Below, piece after piece: positions 28,785-38,598 of a stretch of 64,000 nucleotides of DNA. This DNA comes from an uncultured Acidobacteriota bacterium (GTDB lineage: Bacteria > Acidobacteriota > Thermoanaerobaculia > Gp7-AA8). The notes beneath the pieces are model-generated. The model ran no database searches and had not been told where the DNA came from. It saw only the letters and a program-made list of their open reading frames with translations. The stretch lies in assembly GCA_963741955.1 (NCBI GenBank), contig CAVUKB010000005.1, positions 1,402,179 through 1,466,178 on the forward strand, read 5' to 3'. Each line of letters opens with the position of its first letter. The first letter of the stretch is position 1. The translations under genes and the position numbers were made by a program.

Positions 28785-30203
28785 ATGTCGGAACTGAAGC
28801 TTTTCAACACCCTGACCCGCAAGACGGAGACCTTCCAGCCACTGGTGCCTGGCTCGGTGCGCATGTACTGCTGCGGACCGACCGTCTACAGCTATGCGCA
28901 CATCGGAAATCTCCGGACCTTCCTCTGGGGCGATCTTCTCCGTCGCTATCTCGAGTGGAAGGGCTTCAAGGTCACCATGGTGATGAACCTCACCGACATC
29001 GACGACCGGATCATTCAGATCGCGAACGAGAAAGGCGTGGACATCAACACCCACACCGCTCCCTTCATCGAAGCGTTCTACGGCGATCTCGACACGCTGC
29101 GGATCCGACGCGCCGACATCTACCCCCGCGCGACGCAGCACATCGACGACATGGTGCAGCTCGTCGAGCGCCTCGGCGCGAACGGTCACACCTACGTCGT
29201 CGAAGGATCGACGTACTACCGCATCGCCACGTTCCCCGACTACGGCAAGCTCTCCCAGATCCCCGTCGCCACCGAGAGCACTGTCGGCCAGAGCCGCATC
29301 GATACCGACCGTTACGAGAAAGAAGACGCCCGCGACTTCGTCCTCTGGAAGGCGAAGAAGGAAGGCGAGCCTTCCTGGAACGCACCGATCGGTGAAGGAC
29401 GTCCCGGCTGGCACCTCGAGTGCTCCGCGATGTCGATGCGCTACCTCGGCGAGACGTTCGACATCCACACCGGAGGCGTCGACCTCGTCTTTCCTCACCA
29501 CGAGAACGAGGTGGCCCAATCCGAGGGAGCCACGGACCTCCCCTTCGTCAAATACTGGATCCACGGCGAGCATCTCATCGTCGAAGACCAGAAGATGTCC
29601 AAGTCCCTCGGGAACGTCTACACCCTCTCCGAACTGATCGAGCGTGGATTCACTCCGCTCCAGATCCGCTACGCACTTCTCTCCGTCCCCCACCGCACCA
29701 AGCTCAATTTCGCGGAGAGGACTCTCGAGGACGCGAGACACGCCGTCGAGCGCGTGCAGCTCTTCATGCTTCGGCTCAACGACGTCTCCTCCTCCAAGCA
29801 GACCGCGGTGGAAGGAGTCACCGACCGCGGCAAGGAGATGATTCACCGGTTCCTCACTGGATTCGAAGAAGCGATGGATGACGATCTGAACACGGCCGCG
29901 GCACTCGGCTCACTCTTCACATTGATCCGCGACACGAACATCGCCATCGACGAAGGAACCGTCAGCGCCGCCGACTGCGAGGCGATCGCCGCAGCAGTGC
30001 GGCGGGCCGACCAGGTGTTCGACATCCTCCCGGCCCAGGAGCGCGAGACGGACGAGGAGATCGACCGAATGATCGAAGCACGGAACGAGGCTCGCCGGCA
30101 GCGCAAATTCGACGAGGCCGACCGTCTGCGTGACGAGCTGACCTCGCGCGGAATCATCCTCGAGGACACTCCGGGGGGCACCCGCTGGCGGAGAAAGATG
30201 TAA
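28785..30203 (+). CDS. cysS: Cysteine--tRNA ligase
   Basis: CGPTVY..AHIGN (HIGH), DFVLWK, GRPGWHLECSAM, FPHHENE, KMSKS. Confidence 0.97.
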   Translation: MSELKLFNTLTRKTETFQPLVPGSVRMYCCGPTVYSYAHIGNLRTFLWGDLLRRYLEWKGFKVTMVMNLTDIDDRIIQIANEKGVDINTHTAPFIEAFYGDLDTLRIRRADIYPRATQHIDDMVQLVERLGANGHTYVVEGSTYYRIATFPDYGKLSQIPVATESTVGQSRIDTDRYEKEDARDFVLWKAKKEGEPSWNAPIGEGRPGWHLECSAMSMRYLGETFDIHTGGVDLVFPHHENEVAQSEGATDLPFVKYWIHGEHLIVEDQKMSKSLGNVYTLSELIERGFTPLQIRYALLSVPHRTKLNFAERTLEDARHAVERVQLFMLRLNDVSSSKQTAVEGVTDRGKEMIHRFLTGFEEAMDDDLNTAAALGSLFTLIRDTNIAIDEGTVSAADCEAIAAAVRRADQVFDILPAQERETDEEIDRMIEARNEARRQRKFDEADRLRDELTSRGIILEDTPGGTRWRRKM

Positions 30204-30288
30204 TCGACGTGCCGACGCGGCGAATCGCCCGGATCAGCCCGACCAGACGGCGCGGGACAACCGGGGAGGAAACGGCCGCGAATCTCCA

Positions 30289-30879
30289 ATGATTGCTTAC
30301 CTCGAAGGTCCGATCCGAACGCTCGACACCAACCGCGTGGTGCTGATGGCCGGAGGCGTCGGCTATCTCGTGCACATCCCCCTCTCGACGTACTACAAGC
30401 TGGAAGGGAAGAGCACCGCGGCACTCGAGATTCACACCCACGTGCGCGAAGACGCTTTGTCGCTGTTCGGCTTCGCGACCACGGAAGAGCGGGAGACGTT
30501 CGAGAAACTGATCTCGATCTCCGGCATCGGGCCGCGGCTCGCGCAGGTGATCCTCTCCGGAATCGAGGTCGGCGATCTGACGGACGCGGTGATGCGGAGC
30601 GATTCCAGGCGCCTCGCCTCCATCCCCGGCGTCGGAAAGAAAACCTCCGAACGGATCTGCCTCGAGCTCCGCGACAAGCTCGTGGCCGGAGAAAAGAAAG
30701 GTGCGGCCCTCCCATCCCCTCGCGGAGGAGTCGCCACCGACGTCGTCTCCGCGCTGGTGAACCTCGGGTACAAGGAGAACGTGGCGGAGAACGCGGTTCG
30801 CACCTCGCACGAGGAGACCGCAGAGGAGCCGGAGTTCTCGACCCTCCTGAAGAGCGCACTGAAGAAACTCACGCGGTAG
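30289..30879 (+). CDS. ruvA: Holliday junction branch migration protein RuvA
   Basis: MIAYLEG, GGVGY, HVRED..LFGF, ISGIGPRLA, IPGVGKKT, ALVNLGY. Confidence 0.95.
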   Translation: MIAYLEGPIRTLDTNRVVLMAGGVGYLVHIPLSTYYKLEGKSTAALEIHTHVREDALSLFGFATTEERETFEKLISISGIGPRLAQVILSGIEVGDLTDAVMRSDSRRLASIPGVGKKTSERICLELRDKLVAGEKKGAALPSPRGGVATDVVSALVNLGYKENVAENAVRTSHEETAEEPEFSTLLKSALKKLTR

Positions 30880-30903
30880 GAAGGGCGGTCGAGCCCCCCA
30901 CAA

Positions 30904-32160
30904 TGACGCGTCCTCCTGGGGTGCGGATCCTCTGATCCGCCTCGAACATCGTGTTGCTCACGACGAAGACCAAGGCTGTGGCTGAACGCGAAGCGTCGAC
31001 GGCCCTCGCCCCGACCGTCTCTTACCGACGAGGCTCCGCTTCTGCCACAGCGATCGTCTCGATCCGCTCTGAACGCGATCCCCGCCGCGGATCGGAGGAT
31101 CCGCACCCCTCGAGACCCACGGCCCCCGCCGCGGATCAGAGGATCCGCACCCCTCGAGACCCACGGCCCCCGCCGCGGATCAGAGGATCCGCACCCCCTC
31201 GAGACCCACGGCCGTCTTCTTCGTCGGTGACGCGTCCTCCTGGGGTGCGGATCCTCTGATCCGCCTCGAACATCGTGTTGCTCACGACGAAGACCAAGGC
31301 TGTGGCTGAACGCGAAGCGTCGACGGCTGCGGCACGACTGTCTCTTACCGACGAGGCTCCGCTTCTGCCACAGCGATCGTCTCGATCCGCTCTGAACGCG
31401 ATCCCCGCCGCGGATCGGAGGATCCGCACCCCTCGAGACCCGCGGCCGTCTTCTTCGTCGGTGACGCGTCCTCCTGGGGTGCGGATCCTCTGATCCGCCT
31501 CGAGTATCGTGTTGCTCACGACGAAGACCAAGGCTGTGGCTGAACGCGAAGCGTCGACGGCTGCGGCACGACTGTCTCTTACCGACGAGGCTCCGCTTCT
31601 GCCACAGCGGTCGTCTCGATCCGCTTCGAACGCGATCCCCGCCGCGGATCAGAGGATCCGCACCCCTCGAGACCCACGATCCCCGCCGCGGATCAGAGGA
31701 TCCGCACCCCTCGAGACCCACGATCCCCGCCGCGGATCAGAGGATCCGCACCCCTCGAGACCCACGATCCCCGCCGCGGATCGGAGGATCCGCACCCCTC
31801 GAGACCCACGGCCGTCTTCTTCGTCGGTGACGCGTCCTCCTGGGGTGCGGATCCTCTGATCCGCCTCGAGTATCGTGTTGCTCACGACGAAGACCAAGGC
31901 TGTGGCTGAACGCGAAGCGTCGACGGCCCTCGCTCCGACCGTCTCTTCCCGACGAGACTCCGCTTCTGCCACAGCGATCGTCTCGATCCGCTCTGAACGC
32001 GATCCCCGCCGCGGATCGGAGGATCCGCACCCCTCGAGACCCACGATCCCCGCCGCGGATCGGAGGATCCGCACCCCTCGAGACCCACGGCCCCCGCCGC
32101 GGATCGGAGGATCCGCACCCCTCGAGACCCACGGCCGTCTTCTTCGTCGGTGACTCGTCC
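30904..32160. repeat. Nested REP/BIME-like array: four long units, each with 1-4 tandem ~44-bp palindromic subunits
   Basis: Units start with TGACGCGTCC at 30904, 31228, 31462 and 31828 (lengths ~324/234/366/323). Subunit CCCCGCCGCGGATC(G/A)GAGGATCCGCACCCCTCGAGACCCACG; one inverted copy near each unit start. Confidence 0.9.
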
Positions 32161-32163
32161 TCG

Positions 32164-32643
32164 ATGATGTTTGACGACGAGGAGAGACCCAAATCAGGAA
32201 TGCCATCCGGACACCCGACGATTGAATCTCCCATGGACTCCTCTTCCGCACCGGCGGCCCGCGCGCGTGTCAGCGACCGGATCGTGCTCGGGATCTCGGC
32301 CTTCGGCGTCGCTCTCTCCGTGGTTCTCGGGCAGCTCACGCGCGCAGGAGGACACCCGCTGCCGAAGCAGTCGTTCTGCTGGAGTCAGATCCTGCTCCAC
32401 CGCGCGTGTGCGGGATGCGGACTCACCCGGAGCTTCGTCGCTCTCGGCGCGGGCGATCTCGCCGGGGCGATCCGCTTCAACTGGGCGGGGCCGCTTCTCT
32501 TCGGCTGCCTTCTGCTTCTGATGGGCTCGAGGCTGTTCCGCATCGCGCGACCCGCGCGCGAGCTCCGAAGGTTCGATCTCGCGCTCGGGGCTGCGGTTGC
32601 GTTGATCCTCGTCGTCCGCGGAATCGCGTTCTACTTCGCCTGA
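32164..32643 (+). CDS. DUF2752-like membrane protein (start uncertain)
   Basis: C....(H)RACAGCGLTRSF..L..GD...A..FN motif flanked by TM helices. Confidence 0.75.
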   Translation: MMFDDEERPKSGMPSGHPTIESPMDSSSAPAARARVSDRIVLGISAFGVALSVVLGQLTRAGGHPLPKQSFCWSQILLHRACAGCGLTRSFVALGAGDLAGAIRFNWAGPLLFGCLLLLMGSRLFRIARPARELRRFDLALGAAVALILVVRGIAFYFA

Positions 32644-32647
32644 GCGT

Positions 32648-33520
32648 TCACCGCTCGGAGTCTGTGCGGGAGCCGCGACGTGCGAGGAAATCGGCGACCG
32701 AGCCGCTCCAGCCGAACATCTTCAGGTCACGGCGAAGCACGGGCGGTACACCGACACGGAAATCGAAGACGTAGAACGCATTCCCGAGTACCCAGCTGAG
32801 CGCCACTTCCTGCGCCACGGCGGGGAGGGCACCGATCGGAGGCTGATACGCGAAGAGCTCGGAGATCTTCCTCAGATCGCGCCCATGCTCGTGCGCGAGA
32901 AGCCACGGCGCGACTCCTTCGTCGCAGACCACGACCTTCGCTCCCTCCTTGGCGACCCGCGCCATCTCCCGAAGTGCGCGCGGCACGTCACCGAAGCGGT
33001 TGATCGTCCCGATGTGCAGCACCGCGTCGAAGCTCCGGTCGGCGAAGGGGAGGTGGAGCGCGTTCGCGGTGACCAGATCGATCGAACAGTCGATCTGCGC
33101 TCCCTTCAGGCTCGCCTGCTCGATCATCGACTCGGAGAGGTCCAACCCGACGATCTCGCCGTTCGGACCGATGCCGCGCGCGAGGTCCGGGAAGTTCGAC
33201 CCGGTGCCGCACGCGATCTCGAGGACCCGGTCGCCGGGCTCGAGCTCGAGCTTGTGGACCAGAGCATCCCGCGTCGCCCGTTCGTCCCCGCCGAGGAGAT
33301 CCGAGAGCCAGCGGATCAACTCGTCGTAGCTCACCGCGTCCTCATCGTCGGCGGGTGCGGCCTCGGGAGGATGGACCAGTCGAGGAATTCCGTTGCGCAT
33401 CGCGTAGGAGACTTCGCAGCCGGTGCACTTCAGCGACGCGTCTTCGCTCTCCGCGGCGACCGAAGTGAGCGGAGCGGCACACGCCGGGCACCGGAGGATC
33501 TCGAAAGTCGTCGCCTTCAT
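32648..33520 (-). CDS. Class I SAM-dependent methyltransferase with N-terminal Trm112-like zinc ribbon
   Basis: LRCPAC...LKCTGC...Y...NGIP; VLEIACGTG, GLDLS..M, LPFADRSFDAV, LREMARV. Confidence 0.85.
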   Translation of the reverse strand: MKATTFEILRCPACAAPLTSVAAESEDASLKCTGCEVSYAMRNGIPRLVHPPEAAPADDEDAVSYDELIRWLSDLLGGDERATRDALVHKLELEPGDRVLEIACGTGSNFPDLARGIGPNGEIVGLDLSESMIEQASLKGAQIDCSIDLVTANALHLPFADRSFDAVLHIGTINRFGDVPRALREMARVAKEGAKVVVCDEGVAPWLLAHEHGRDLRKISELFAYQPPIGALPAVAQEVALSWVLGNAFYVFDFRVGVPPVLRRDLKMFGWSGSVADFLARRGSRTDSER

Positions 33521-33543
33521 GGCCGAAAGAGTAGCAGAGTATC

Positions 33544-33632
33544 GTGGATCGCGGATCGTGGATCTGAAAGACATCGCGGATCGATCCTCGATGCTTCTCA
33601 GATCCTCGATCCTCGATCCTAGATCCTCGATG
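33544..33632. repeat. Heptamer tract (GATCGTG/GATCCTC)
   Basis: Repeated GATC(G/C)(T/C)(G/C) units between the SDR and methyltransferase genes. Confidence 0.7.
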
Positions 33633-33636
33633 CTTT

Positions 33637-34356
33637 TCAGGGTATCAGTCCTCCGTCGACGGAGAGGACAGCGCCGTTGATGAACGACGCGTCATCCGAA
33701 GCGAGAAAGAGGTACGCGCTCGCGACTTCCTCCGGCTCGCCGATCCGGCCGAGGGGCGTGCGCGCGATCGCGGCCTGCTCGGTCTCGGCATCGTTGCGCT
33801 CGTTCATGCGGGTGCGGATGTATCCGGGGCGCACCGCGTTGACCGCGATACCGAACGGACCGAGCTCACGCGCCCAGACCCGGGTGAGGCCGACGATCGC
33901 CTCCTTCGTCGCGGCATATGCGGTCTGCCCGGGAAATCCGTACGCCGAGATCACCGAAGCGACGTTCACGATGCGGCCGCTGCGCTTCTCCTTCATGGCC
34001 GGGATGACCGCCTGAGTGCAGTGGAGCGTGCTCTCGAGATTCGCCTCGAGAACGACTTTCCAGTCGTGCGGAGAAAGATCGGCAGCGGCGATGAACCCCG
34101 GAGTGATCGCCGCGTTGTTGATCAGGACGTCGATTCTTCCGAAACGCTCGCGCACTTCGGCGGTGGCCTCGAAGACCCGTTCCCTCCGACGGAGGTCGAT
34201 CCTGCGGCGGAGTGCGCCATCGTTCTCTTCGTCGGACGCAGCGACGTCCCACACTGCCACCCGCGCACCCTCGCGCAGAAGGCGATCCACCGCAGCCGCG
34301 CCGATCCCGCGCGCCCCTCCGGTGACGATGACCACCTTCCCGTCGAATCGACTCAC
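33637..34356 (-). CDS. Short-chain dehydrogenase/reductase (FabG-like)
   Basis: TGGARGIG, NNAA, S...YAATK catalytic motif, PGYIRT, PLGRIG. Confidence 0.9.
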   Translation of the reverse strand: MSRFDGKVVIVTGGARGIGAAAVDRLLREGARVAVWDVAASDEENDGALRRRIDLRRRERVFEATAEVRERFGRIDVLINNAAITPGFIAAADLSPHDWKVVLEANLESTLHCTQAVIPAMKEKRSGRIVNVASVISAYGFPGQTAYAATKEAIVGLTRVWARELGPFGIAVNAVRPGYIRTRMNERNDAETEQAAIARTPLGRIGEPEEVASAYLFLASDDASFINGAVLSVDGGLIP

Positions 34357-34408
34357 TCCACCTCCCGCCGGCCGCCGTGGTTCGCTCGCGTCCCGGCCGC
34401 CGCGGCCG

Positions 34409-34819
34409 TCACCGGCCGGACTTCACCTGGTTGACAGTTTCCACGAATCGGCGTGCGTCATCGGGATCGAACATCGCGAGCGCCGGCTTGCCGTCGATGA
34501 AGACGCCGGAGAACGGAGCCTCTCCGCCCCCCTTCCGCTGGATCGCGATCCGATCGTCGCGATACTCGATCTCGGCGATCTCGTCGATCGGCACTTCCAT
34601 CTTTCTCGACACTCCGCCGGTCACAGCTTCGCCCACGCTCTTCTGCACCATGGAGGAGATCATTCTCGAAAGATCATTCGGCGGACCGCTCGTCTCGTGC
34701 TGTTTCAGATTCTTCCGAATGTCTTCGATCACCCGATCGGAAAGCTTCATCGAGACTTTCCCGTCGGCGACTCCGAGCGTCACGCTGCCGTCCTTCGACG
34801 TCATCTCAAAATTCGACAC
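34409..34819 (-). CDS. Hypothetical protein (136 aa)
   Basis: GGAGG RBS upstream of a GTG start; plausible codon usage; co-oriented with the SDR. Confidence 0.7.
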   Translation of the reverse strand: MSNFEMTSKDGSVTLGVADGKVSMKLSDRVIEDIRKNLKQHETSGPPNDLSRMISSMVQKSVGEAVTGGVSRKMEVPIDEIAEIEYRDDRIAIQRKGGGEAPFSGVFIDGKPALAMFDPDDARRFVETVNQVKSGR

Positions 34820-34947
34820 GGATCACCTCCCGAAACGTTTTTCACGGATCGAGCATAAGTTAAACGAGACTTCGCGATTCGTCGACCCTAAGTTTACGAA
34901 GTGGTGAGCCGGCAGGTTCGAGGCTCTGTTACAATCGGCTTTCCCGA

Positions 34948-36126
34948 ATGAAAACTGAGGCACCAGAAGCGATGCAGACCGGAGATTCACTGGTCCGAAC
35001 GAGCTGGAAATCCGCTCCCTCACCGTCCATGTCGGATCGCGAGTACTTCATGAGCGAGACCGCACGGCGGGTGCGGCAGCTGGCCGTTTCGGAGTGGAGC
35101 GACTCCCGTCCGGTGGAGATGGTGGGAAAATCCCCCCTCTACATGGACCTCCAGAAGAAGGTCCTGAAGATCGCTCCGTTCCAGGAACCGGTGCTGATCA
35201 CCGGCGAGAGCGGGGTCGGGAAGGAATCTCTCGCGCAGGCCATCTACCTTCTCGGCGGACGCAGAGGAAAGCCGATGATCTCGGTGAATTGTCCTCAGTA
35301 CCGCGAAGGGAATCTCACCGTCAGCGAGCTCTTCGGTCACAAGAAGGGGAGCTTCACCGGCGCAACTGCGGACCGGCAGGGGTGCTTCGAGATCGCGAAC
35401 GGCGGAGTGATCTTCCTCGACGAGATCGGCGATCTGCACATGAGCGCACAGGTGATGCTGCTCCGCGCGCTGGCCAACGGCGAGTTCCAGCCCCTCGGGT
35501 CGGACACCACCCGCAAAGTCAACGTCCGGGTGATCGCCGCAACCAACCGGCAACTGGACAAACTAATGGTGGGCGAAGAATTCCGCCACGATCTATTCTT
35601 CCGTCTGCAGTACTTCCTGCTGAAGGTGCCGAGCCTGCGCGAGCGGGGCGACGACTGGCGACTCCTCCTCGACTTCTATCTGGAGAAGCTCTACCGCAAA
35701 TACGGAGTGCGCAAGTACTTCACCGGTGAGTCACTGAAGACACTGGAGAAGTACGAGTGGCCGGGCAACATCCGGGAATTGATCAGCCTCACCACCACCG
35801 GCTACGCGATGTCCGACGGCGATCAGATCCGCCCCGAGGATTTCGTGACGGTGATGAACGGCGCGACTCAGCCCCGATCGGCCGACCTGGTGGAGACTCT
35901 CTACCGGAAGATGGTCGACGAGAGACTGAGCTTCTGGGATGCCGTGCACACGCCGTTTCTCGATCGCGATCTGAACCGCGCAGAAGTGCGCGAGCTGATC
36001 CGCCGCGGCCTCACCCGGGCGCACGGGAGCTACCGGCAGTTACTGACGCTGTTCGGGCTTCCGGAAGAGGAATATCAGCGGTTCATGGATTTTCTGCGCC
36101 ACCACCGGTTGAAGCCGGACGCCTGA
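34948..36126 (+). CDS. Sigma54-dependent enhancer-binding protein without an N-terminal sensor domain (start may be 35029 or 35050)
   Basis: Walker A GESGVGKE, ELFGHKKGSFTGA, Walker B FLDEIGD, RVIAATN, FRHDLFFRL, WPGNIREL, helical C-terminal domain. Confidence 0.9.
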   Translation: MKTEAPEAMQTGDSLVRTSWKSAPSPSMSDREYFMSETARRVRQLAVSEWSDSRPVEMVGKSPLYMDLQKKVLKIAPFQEPVLITGESGVGKESLAQAIYLLGGRRGKPMISVNCPQYREGNLTVSELFGHKKGSFTGATADRQGCFEIANGGVIFLDEIGDLHMSAQVMLLRALANGEFQPLGSDTTRKVNVRVIAATNRQLDKLMVGEEFRHDLFFRLQYFLLKVPSLRERGDDWRLLLDFYLEKLYRKYGVRKYFTGESLKTLEKYEWPGNIRELISLTTTGYAMSDGDQIRPEDFVTVMNGATQPRSADLVETLYRKMVDERLSFWDAVHTPFLDRDLNRAEVRELIRRGLTRAHGSYRQLLTLFGLPEEEYQRFMDFLRHHRLKPDA

Positions 36127-36859
36127 CCACGTCGTCCAGGTACGGCAACCGGTTGAATCCCCACGTGAATCCGATCATCGCTTCCACCTGACCGAATCCG
36201 TTCGGGTAGCGATAGACGCGCGTGCACTCGCCAGTGCAGTCACGATTGGTGATCCGCTCGGTGTGGCGCACGCCGCTGTCGGTCGCGACCCAGTGAGCGC
36301 GGGTCTCGAACCGGAGTGCGGTGGTCGGTGTCATCCAGAGGTCGAACCCGATTCCTCCGCTGACGGATGGCGCATTCGTGGAAGGGAGCGGTGAGCTCGG
36401 CGAAACGTGCGTGATGCCGACCGCGGCGGTGGCGAAAGGCTGCAACAGCCCTTGCGCGCGCGCGGTCGGGGTCGACGTGCCGCGGAAGTTCCACAGAACT
36501 CCCGCGTCCCAGTGCGTGACGTTGACGTTGACCACGTTGATGTCACCGGCGGGGAACGGTCCGGACGGCTCTTCGCCGAACAGACGATTGCGGTCGACGA
36601 ACTGCGAGGACTGATTCAGTACGCCCAGCTCGATCTGGTACGCCGGATGCGAAAGGAGACGCCGTCCGACCCGCAGACCGAAGACGTTACTGCGCGAGAT
36701 GTCGACGCCGATGTAACGCGATCCCGAGAGCTGGGAATCGCGAACCCGCATTCCCCCTCCGGCCATGTAACCGAGCGACGGAGTGATGGTGAACAACGAC
36801 TCCTGCGCAAACACGAGTGATGGGACCGACAGACAGAGTGCCAGTAGAATCTTCTTCAT
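36083..36859 (-). CDS. Secreted outer-membrane beta-barrel-like protein
   Basis: Signal peptide MKKILLALCLSVPSLVFAQ; alternating amphipathic strands (QPFATAAVG, ALRFETR, IGFTWGF). Confidence 0.7.
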   Translation of the reverse strand: MKKILLALCLSVPSLVFAQESLFTITPSLGYMAGGGMRVRDSQLSGSRYIGVDISRSNVFGLRVGRRLLSHPAYQIELGVLNQSSQFVDRNRLFGEEPSGPFPAGDINVVNVNVTHWDAGVLWNFRGTSTPTARAQGLLQPFATAAVGITHVSPSSPLPSTNAPSVSGGIGFDLWMTPTTALRFETRAHWVATDSGVRHTERITNRDCTGECTRVYRYPNGFGQVEAMIGFTWGFNRLPYLDDVVRRPASTGGGAENP

Positions 36860-37032
36860 TTTCCCCGCCTCGATTTTTTCAGGACCGCGCGGCAGTATAG
36901 CACCGGCACCGGGTCCGGGTATTCGCCCTTGGTCTGCTTTTCAGTGCTTCGCGATCACGAAATGTTTCGCGCCGGACCACGCAACCCACCCGTTCGAGAT
37001 CCGCGATCGATCCGCTATACTCGCCGCCATCC

Positions 37033-38520
37033 ATGACTCCCATCCGCGCCGTGGTTTTCGATCTGTACGGAACGCTCCTCCGGGTCCGCTCACGTGGACT
37101 CCACCGCGAAATGCCCCGGATCCTCGGCACCTCCGTCTCGGCCTGGCTCGAGCTCGTCCGCGACGAACTGCTGACCCGACCCTTTGCCACCTCGTCCGAA
37201 TTCGCCCGTTTCATCTGCGACCGTCTCGCGTCGAACGAATCAGAAGAGCCGGAATCGCGATGCGTCGCAGCGATCGATCGGGAGCTGGCCTCCGTGGAAG
37301 CCTTCGAGGGAGCGATCTCCCTCCTCTCTTTTCTCAAGCGGCGCGGCTACCGGCTCGGTGTGATCTCGAATCTTTCCAGCAGCTACAAGGAGCCGCTCGC
37401 CCGCTGCGGGATGGATGCCCTCTTCGATGCGACCTGCTTCTCCTGCGACGAGGGCGTAGCCAAGCCCGATCCCGTGATCTACCAGCGGATGTGCGAGCGG
37501 CTCGAAGTCACGCCCGGAGAGGTCCTCTTCGTGGGCGACTCGCACGCAAACGACGTCGAGGCTCCGGCGGCACTCGGGATGAAGACGCTTCCGATCGGTA
37601 CCGGACCGGGATCTCTCCGCACCGTGTCGGATCTCGGGTGGTACGTGTTCGGCGAAGATGGGAGCGTACGCCCCCTCCTCACACCGGACGCACGTTTCCG
37701 TTTCGGAGCGGCCGAGCTCCCGCTCGGCGACATCAGGCCGGTGGAAGACGACGAACAGGGCCGCTACAACGTCGTGTACCGCCTCCGGTCACTGGAGCCG
37801 AACGAGACCGACCAGCAGGTCTACTGCAAGCGCTACTTCCTCCCCGAGTCGACATGGGTGGAGGCATTCGCCCACCGGATGTACCGCGCCGCGGGATTTC
37901 CCGGATGCGATGCCGTCGTCTTCGGAGAGGCCGAACCGCTCCTCGCCGTTTCCGAAGCGCCGGGAAAGAAGTACGACGGCGAGCTCGATCCGGAGATCGC
38001 GTGGGAAGTGGGCCGTCACTTCACGTTCGCGTACTTCTTCTCCAATGCGGACATCCGTCCCCGGAATGCCTTTCTCTCGCGGGACGGTTCCCGCCCTCGG
38101 ATCACCATGATCGACCTGGAGCACTGCTTCTTCAATCTCGCCATCGATACGAGCGGAATCGCCGACCCGTTCGATCCGAAAGGCATCGATGCTCTTTCCG
38201 ATCTCCCGGAGAGGATGGGGAAAAAGGTTCTCACCGAGCGCGCGATGCGGCGGGCGCGCCGCAGCTTCGTGATGGAAGAGAACGTCTCGACCGAGATCCT
38301 CCACGCCTACCGGCGTGGTTTTCTGGACTGCTTCGCGGAGATGAAGGAACGAAAAGACGAGATCGTCGGAATTCTCCGCGAGCGGATTTACCGGAAGCCG
38401 TATCTGGTCATCGGAACTCACGGATACCGGAGGGCGATGGCGGGCGTCGATCTGGACGACATCGAGCAGAGGCTGGAGCACGACGGTGTCACCGTGCTCA
38501 ACTCTTTCTGTCCGGAGTAA
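37033..38520 (+). CDS. HAD-superfamily hydrolase fused to a HipA/PI3K-like atypical kinase domain
   Basis: HAD motifs FDLYGTL, ISN, KPDP, VGDS..ND. C-terminal half has GRYNVV, YCKRY, VEAFA, NADIRPRNAFL, MIDLEHCF. Confidence 0.75.
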   Translation: MTPIRAVVFDLYGTLLRVRSRGLHREMPRILGTSVSAWLELVRDELLTRPFATSSEFARFICDRLASNESEEPESRCVAAIDRELASVEAFEGAISLLSFLKRRGYRLGVISNLSSSYKEPLARCGMDALFDATCFSCDEGVAKPDPVIYQRMCERLEVTPGEVLFVGDSHANDVEAPAALGMKTLPIGTGPGSLRTVSDLGWYVFGEDGSVRPLLTPDARFRFGAAELPLGDIRPVEDDEQGRYNVVYRLRSLEPNETDQQVYCKRYFLPESTWVEAFAHRMYRAAGFPGCDAVVFGEAEPLLAVSEAPGKKYDGELDPEIAWEVGRHFTFAYFFSNADIRPRNAFLSRDGSRPRITMIDLEHCFFNLAIDTSGIADPFDPKGIDALSDLPERMGKKVLTERAMRRARRSFVMEENVSTEILHAYRRGFLDCFAEMKERKDEIVGILRERIYRKPYLVIGTHGYRRAMAGVDLDDIEQRLEHDGVTVLNSFCPE

Positions 38521-38558
38521 GTGGAGTCACGGAGCGATCAAGCCCAATCGCTCCAATC

Positions 38559-38598
38559 CTCTCGCCTCTCGCCTCTCGCCTCTCGTCCCTCGCCTGTC
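38559..38598. repeat. Heptamer tract CTCTCGC
   Basis: CTCTCGC-CTCTCGC-CTCTCGC-CTCTCGT-CCCTCGC between convergent stops. Confidence 0.75.

Noticed and set aside
30904-32160. CRISPR array or coding ORFs in the repeat block
   Set aside because: The intervening sequences are repeated rather than unique spacers, no cas genes are present, and the ORFs are repetitive translations of the repeats.
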